Shown: one piece after another, positions 57,792 through 64,000 of the stretch
Layout of the letters: each line of letters opens with the position of its first letter
How positions within the stretch are numbered: the stretch's first letter is position 1
Source: Eledone cirrhosa
Taxonomy: Eukaryota
Reading direction: 5' to 3'
Length of the DNA: 64,000 nucleotides
Assembly: GCA_964016885.1 (NCBI GenBank)
Contig: OZ024745.1
Coordinates: forward strand, 124,868,001-124,932,000
Notes under the pieces: generated by a model
Database searches by the model: none
Told to the model about the DNA's origin: nothing
The model's input: the letters and a program-made list of their open reading frames with translations, nothing else
Program-made: the position numbers and the translations under genes

Positions 57792-60700
57792 TATTATTAT
57801 TATTATTTGCATTTATCTTGCTTTATGTTTATACGAGTTATCACCAAGTCACAACCAGTGACCTCAAGAGACAACAAGGTCCGCCATGTTCAAGAAAGAA
57901 CACACATATTCACACATGCATCCTTAGTGTTTAGACTTGTGATGTACTTATATTGACAGGATCTTCCTTAGTATATGGGCAGTTCCCATTAGTACTATCT
58001 TTTGTATTTCTCCTATACGCGGGTTTCCTGGGATTTGCGATAAGTAGTCGTTAGACCCCTTAGGTATCATTCCCAGAGCGCCTACAACCACTGGTATTGT
58101 TTTAGTTCTCAATTTCCACATTTTTCCAATTTCTATCTCCAGGTCCTTATACTTGCTCAATTTTTCAAATGTTTTTATAGATACATTCTTGTCTATTGGA
58201 ACAGACATATCAATTAGCAGGCATACCCTCCTTTGAAAGTCCTTCAATATTATATCAGGTCTATTTGCATCTATTTTTCGGTCTGTTTGGATTCTAAAGT
58301 TCCACAAGATTGAGATGTGATCTTTTTCAAGTATGGGAGGTGGTTGATGCTCCCACCAATTCTTTTGATGGGGCAGGTCAAAATGCTTACACATTATCCA
58401 ATGTATGTATTGTGCAGCTCTGTCATGCCTGTTTAGGTATTCGGTTGGAGCTATAGGACTGCACATTGAAATTATATGGTCAATGGTCTCTGGTTGTTTT
58501 TTGCATACACGGCATAGTGGGCTGCACCCATTTTTTATTATGTTGGCTTGGTAATTTTTTGTTGGCAGACACTGATCTTGTGCGGATATAATCAGTCCTT
58601 CAGTCTCCGATTTCAGTCCAGAGGATGCCAACCACTGATGGGTTAAAGTTTTGTCAACATCAGGATTGTTAGCTCGCTCTGGGTATTTTCCATACAGAGG
58701 CTTTTCTTGCCATTTCTTAGCCAGTTTCTGTAGCAGTTCTTTCTTTGCAGTTACTTTTACCTGCTTTGCTTTTTCTGTGTTTTCCATTTCAGCAGTAAAT
58801 GGGACTTCTGAAATTTGTAGTCCATTACTGTATCTTTGTGCATCTTTTGTAATGGAATATGATCTTTTGGTGCTTTCGTGTTTCAAAACGAGTTTGATCA
58901 TCCAATCATGTGATTCCCTTAGATATGTGGATAATCCAATTGTTGCAGTTTTCAACGCAATGTCTAACTGGATTAACCCACGTCCTCCTTCTTTCCTAGG
59001 GAGATATATTCTATCTATGTCTGCCTTAGGGTGATGCATTCTGTGCATGGTTAAGAATTTTCGGATTTTTGTATCGAGCCTACGGATCTCTGTGCTTGAC
59101 CAGTTGATGACATTGTAACTGTAGGTTACTACTGGTATGGCAAGCGTGTTTATGGCATCGATCCTATTCCTTGCATTCAATTCCGTTCTTAAGATTGCTC
59201 TGACTCTGCGGTAACATTCCTTCCTTATCCTTTCCCTCATTGTCGAGTGCTTGATTCCGTCTCCTTCACAAACACCTAGATATTTGTAAGTTTGTTCTTG
59301 ATCAAGCTCTCTTATCACGTTCCCCCGATCAAGATTAATGTCTGAACTCTTCAGCAGCTTTCCTCTGGTGAACGTTGCTTTGGCGCATTTATCCAGTCCA
59401 AACTCCATTTTAATGTCATCACTGAACTGCTTCACAGTGGATAATAGCCCTTGCAATTGTTCATCATTTTTTGCAAATAGTTTCAGGTCATCCATGTAGA
59501 ACAGGTGATTAATGGTTTTGTCATAGACTCTATATCCATGTTTTGTTTCATTGAGCATTTTACTTAATGGTATAAGTGCGATGCAGAATAAAAGCGGTGA
59601 TAAAGAGTCACCCTGAAAAATTCCACAATTAATGTTAACTTCTCCAGCTTCCAGTGATTTTGTTTCACTATTCAAAAGGAGTGTCGTTCTCCATGTCCTC
59701 ATACTGAATGACAAAAACCTCCTGACAACGGGGGATATTTTGAAAATCTCTAAACATTTTTCAATCCAACTGTGTGGCAAACTATCAAATGCTTTTTTAT
59801 AATCTATCCAAGCAATCGATAGATTTTTGTGTCTATTATGACAATCTTCCAGTATCATTTTGTTAACCAGAAGCTGATCCTTACAGCCATATGAGCCTCG
59901 TTTACACCCTTTCTGCTCAATGGGAAATAGGTCATTTGTTATCAGGTGGTCATATGTGTATTCAGTTAGGACTGATGTTAAAATTTTATACATTGTGGTC
60001 AAGCAGGTTATCGGTCTGTAATTTTTGGGATTGTTTGTCTCATCATTCTTCGGTAGCAGGAATGTAATGCCGTTAACTAGCCATGATGGTATCTTTTCTG
60101 GCTCCTTAACTATTTCATTGTAAAGTTGGGCTAACAGCTCATGAGACTCTGTGAAGGCATTTATCCAAAAGTTTTGTATTTTGTCTTTTCCTGGGGATTT
60201 CCATTTGCTGGTTTTTCTTAGAGCCAAGCGCAGCTGTTCAACTGTTATATTTTCCCATGTTTGTTCTTCAAGGTGAGCTGTTTCTTTCATTTGTCTGTCT
60301 ATCCATGGGGCATGTATGTTATGAACTTTTTCTTCGGCCCAGATCTTTTCCCAGAATTCTTGCACTTCCTCCTTGGGTGGTATTGATTTAGCAGTTATTG
60401 TTGACTTACCAATTTTTCTGTAGAAGTTTCTTTGGTTGTTTTTGAACATATTATTGTCCTTATAGAATCTAGATCGTTTTTCAAAGCGCCTTATACGAGC
60501 AGCTTTGGCCGACACTTTTTGCTTGATTGTTTCTATCAGCATGTCTATGTCACATGTTGATCTTATACTGTACTTTTTTTTTAATTTTCTAAGTTTAGTT
60601 TGTTTAACATGTTCACCTACTTTATAGTTTGTTAAAATTTCTATGTCAGATCGGAGAAGGTTTATTTGGCGATTGATGTTATCTTGCCAAGTAGATTTCT

Positions 60701-61080
60701 TGTGGGAATTCCTTTGTTTTTTCATCTTCACTCCACATAAGTGAGTGGTGACTTTAGCCGATGCATAATAGAGATGATTTAAGTCAGTAATGTTTATTTT
60801 GTTTGTGATGATAATGTTTTTGAGAATTATGTTAGTCTTGTGTATTATCTTTTGGTTCTGTTTGGAGTTCTGGATCTTAGGGAGGGTGTCTCGTTCCCCC
60901 ATGTCAGATTCTTTCATTTTCATCCATTCGATCATAATTTCATCCTTCAAGTTGGCAAGTTCATTCTCATTCATTTCTTTATCATTTACGATCTCATTAT
61001 TTTCATTTGGAGTTTCATCCTGAGCATGCACTCCCTCCACTTTTTCGCTCCTTTCTTTAATTTGTTCTGTTGCCAGTGAT
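57791..61080 (-). mobile_element. Dong/R4-clade non-LTR retrotransposon, 5'-truncated, ending in (TAA)n
   Basis: Single RT+RLE ORF, about 140-bp 3' UTR and (AAT)n terminus. Confidence 0.9.
57948..61040 (-). CDS. Reverse transcriptase plus restriction-like endonuclease of a Dong/R4 element (N-terminus missing; the GTG start is not a real start)
   Basis: WKSPGKD, NYRPITCL, EQKG, WIDYKKAFDS, GIFQGDSLSPLLF, HLFYMDDLKL, YKYLGV; zinc knuckle CRVC..ETIDHIISMC; RHD; RPDII..IDMSVP; EKLSKYKDL. The frame stays open upstream to 61103 without an ATG. Confidence 0.93.
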   Translation of the reverse strand: MEGVHAQDETPNENNEIVNDKEMNENELANLKDEIMIEWMKMKESDMGERDTLPKIQNSKQNQKIIHKTNIILKNIIITNKINITDLNHLYYASAKVTTHLCGVKMKKQRNSHKKSTWQDNINRQINLLRSDIEILTNYKVGEHVKQTKLRKLKKKYSIRSTCDIDMLIETIKQKVSAKAARIRRFEKRSRFYKDNNMFKNNQRNFYRKIGKSTITAKSIPPKEEVQEFWEKIWAEEKVHNIHAPWIDRQMKETAHLEEQTWENITVEQLRLALRKTSKWKSPGKDKIQNFWINAFTESHELLAQLYNEIVKEPEKIPSWLVNGITFLLPKNDETNNPKNYRPITCLTTMYKILTSVLTEYTYDHLITNDLFPIEQKGCKRGSYGCKDQLLVNKMILEDCHNRHKNLSIAWIDYKKAFDSLPHSWIEKCLEIFKISPVVRRFLSFSMRTWRTTLLLNSETKSLEAGEVNINCGIFQGDSLSPLLFCIALIPLSKMLNETKHGYRVYDKTINHLFYMDDLKLFAKNDEQLQGLLSTVKQFSDDIKMEFGLDKCAKATFTRGKLLKSSDINLDRGNVIRELDQEQTYKYLGVCEGDGIKHSTMRERIRKECYRRVRAILRTELNARNRIDAINTLAIPVVTYSYNVINWSSTEIRRLDTKIRKFLTMHRMHHPKADIDRIYLPRKEGGRGLIQLDIALKTATIGLSTYLRESHDWMIKLVLKHESTKRSYSITKDAQRYSNGLQISEVPFTAEMENTEKAKQVKVTAKKELLQKLAKKWQEKPLYGKYPERANNPDVDKTLTHQWLASSGLKSETEGLIISAQDQCLPTKNYQANIIKNGCSPLCRVCKKQPETIDHIISMCSPIAPTEYLNRHDRAAQYIHWIMCKHFDLPHQKNWWEHQPPPILEKDHISILWNFRIQTDRKIDANRPDIILKDFQRRVCLLIDMSVPIDKNVSIKTFEKLSKYKDLEIEIGKMWKLRTKTIPVVVGALGMIPKGSNDYLSQIPGNPRIGEIQKIVLMGTAHILRKILSI

Positions 61081-61171
61081 TCCGCCCCTGTGAAGGGGAA
61101 AGTCTAATATTTGGGTCTTTTGGCCCAAATATTTGAACATTTTACTTTAAAAAAGAAAAAAAAAAAAAAAC

Positions 61172-61797
61172 ATGGCTGGGCCACGCCAGCAATATGCACT
61201 CGTCCAGTACTGACTTGTGGAGTTATGTCGCACAGCTGTTGTCGCATGTAGAATGGATCCGGCTATCGGCCGAGTCCAAAGTGAAGATCGACCAGGAAGG
61301 GCAGCCAATTTTCCTCTGTCTGGTGGCAGTAGCGAAAGAGGTTGTATGGTGGACGAGGTTGAAAGGACTGAAGACAGACACTTTTCTCTTCGGCCAATCC
61401 CTCATCAACTTTTTCAAGTTTCACTTGGAAAGGAAGGTGAGGGTGGAGAGAGAAGTCCTGCCCCCCAGTACATTTGCTGAAAGGTCGGTGAATGTGGCGA
61501 GAATGGCCCGTGTGAGTGGGCCTACTCTGGTCATGCGCCTGTAGGTAGGTAAATTTCAGGAGGAGAGGGGGTGCCTTTCCAGGGTGCTCTCGAAGCGTCG
61601 TGTCCTTCAGGATTGGTGGTGCACCTCAGCGAACCCTGGGTGGTCATCCCCCCTATTGGGGAATTTTCTTGTATTTTTCTTGTTACTTTGTTATTGTTAT
61701 TCATATTGTTTACTCGATTTTTCTGTAAAACTCCACTGTCCCAGTCTTTTGTATTGTCCTCTATATGTCGGCCCCTGTGGCCAATAAATGAACTCAT
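61172..61797 (+). mobile_element. L1/Tx1-like LINE 3' fragment with AATAAA (61783) and (TAG)n tail
   Basis: DLWSYVAQLL...FLCLVAVAKEVVWWTR...FFKFHLERKVRVE resembles Tx1 ORF2 C-termini. T-rich 3' UTR. Confidence 0.5.
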
Positions 61798-61851
<54 letters not shown>

Positions 61852-61934
61852 AAGTAGTAGCTGTAGTAGCAGCAGCAGTAGTAGTAATAGTAGTAATATC
61901 AGTAGTAGTATTAGTAGTCGTGGTGGTGGCGGCG

Positions 61935-62016
<82 letters not shown>

Positions 62017-62068
62017 TAGTAGTATTAGTCGTAGAAGCAGCAGCAGTAGTATTGGTAGTAGTATTAGT
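61798..62068. repeat. (TAG)n compound microsatellite
   Basis: Seen directly. Confidence 0.95.
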
Positions 62069-62525
62069 ATCAACTGCATATTTCAAGTATAACCCGCATA
62101 CTGAACGCTAAATGTTGTTTTGTATTTGTTACATTTAAAATGGAAATCCTATTTGTCTTCCAATTATCTATTAATATATTTAGTTGAAATTTTGAAAATG
62201 ATTTCAATGAAGTATCATTAAAGGAATCAAGAGAACTGCTTATTTTGCACTAAAATTAATATTTACCGTAACCAATATTTTGACTTCAAAAAGGTCTATA
62301 TATGATATGAATACATTTTTTAAAATAACACTTGGCATAATCAAATTAAAACTTGAAATAGGAACGAATGCAAAAATAATGTATATAAAATACAGAGAGA
62401 AAACTAGTGAAAAATATACTTTAATGTTAACAAATATGAAACTTCTAATGTGGATTACAATTTTATATCATTGGAGGTACACTCATATACATGACACACA
62501 AAATGCTTATGCACACACACATACA

Positions 62526-62606
<81 letters not shown>

Positions 62607-62965
62607 CACACACACACACACACACCTGGATGCAACTCATGGGTAAACTAAGCACACAATACACCAGTGACAAGTAAATAAAAACCCAAATAAATAAATA
62701 AAAACACCCACGCCACGCACCCCCGTAAGTAACTCATGCGCAAACTAAGCATATTACACACAACTCAGATAAAACAAAATAGTGTAGGGAAGAACAAGGG
62801 AGGTACACAAAATAAAAACTTAGTCACTGAGGAGGTCACAGAATTTATGACGAAAGAGGCTTGACAATATATAAACTACCTTCCGATTATCGAACCAAAC
62901 AACGAACTGGAAACTTATAATGAAAGTCTGCGTGTTTTTATTGGCAGCATGGCTCTCCCAAAGTA

Positions 62966-63268
<303 letters not shown>

Positions 63269-63344
63269 CATATATATATTACAAGGGTGGTGCCCCAGCA
63301 TGACCTCAGCCGGATGGCTGGAACAGGTAAAAGAGGGTAAAAGA

Positions 63345-63399
<55 letters not shown>

Positions 63400-63401
<2 letters not shown>

Positions 63402-63660
63402 TATCAACATACGTTAACCTTGGTCTTCCTCTTCTAGTGTGTCCATGTAGGGGCTCCCAAAGGAGTACTGAGTGCAATGTCAACTCTGGATGTCGGTGAG
63501 CATGTCCAGCTAACCTCAGTCTCCTCTGTGTCACTTTTGAGCTGACTTTTGGGATGCTCCCATACAGCTCTGAGTTTTTCATCCTCAGTGTATACTGATT
63601 AATGTTCAGAGCCATCCTCAGCATTCTCGTGTAGCACCCATCCACCATCTGAGTAAGGAC
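63400..63660 (-). mobile_element. RTE-X-like LINE ORF C-terminal fragment
   Basis: DGCYTRMLRMALNI..NSELYGSIPKVSSKVTQRRLRLAGHAHRHPE..LLWEPLHG..GRPRLTYVD. Confidence 0.75.
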
Positions 63661-63882
63661 AGACACTGGTCTGTTGGAGATGCAGGACATGGCAGCGATA
63701 ATGAGGGACAGAGACCACTGGAGAGAACTCGTCCATGGATCTCGGGAATTTTACCCGCCTTAGATAGATATATCAGTATGTGCAAGACATGGTCACCAGA
63801 GCTAGCATTGCCCACAACAGGGCAACTCGTTTCACCCATACTAGCGTGGAAAAATTTACGTAAAGCGGGGATGATGATGATG

Positions 63883-63919
<37 letters not shown>

Positions 63920-64000
63920 GACACACACATATATATATATATATATTGTTATACTTGAGGAGGGTCATATTCGTGTAATAGTATTGCCAGAATTAATAAC

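Noticed and set aside
58651-59034. Antisense ORF within the Dong element
   Set aside because: A shadow ORF opposite a real coding frame.

Overview
AT-rich, microsatellite-saturated eukaryotic DNA. The SINE, Dong/R4, RTE and Penelope repertoire suggests Octopus or another cephalopod (inference). No host gene can be called with confidence, and nearly all ORFs in the track are microsatellite artefacts. Recognisable elements: a 5'-truncated Dong/R4-type non-LTR retrotransposon with an uninterrupted RT+RLE ORF of over 1030 aa (57.8-61.1 kb, minus); a full-length but frameshifted Tc1 element (26072-27302); a decayed Penelope-like element (PLE; 10.2-12.2 kb) plus other PLE relics; two tRNA-derived SINE families; RTE and Tx1-like 3' fragments; and a Tc2-like MITE. 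The main finding is a near-identical 466-bp tandem array (42024-44676). Five junctions carry a minimal type I hammerhead ribozyme (HHR), which matches a non-LTR retrozyme / circRNA-producing architecture. The array is capped by a fold-back whose junction lies exactly in stem II of the ribozyme. More than a dozen further HHR motifs from several unrelated families sit in (TA)n-embedded, often palindromic, non-coding elements across the window. All RNA structures were read by eye and none has been tested.
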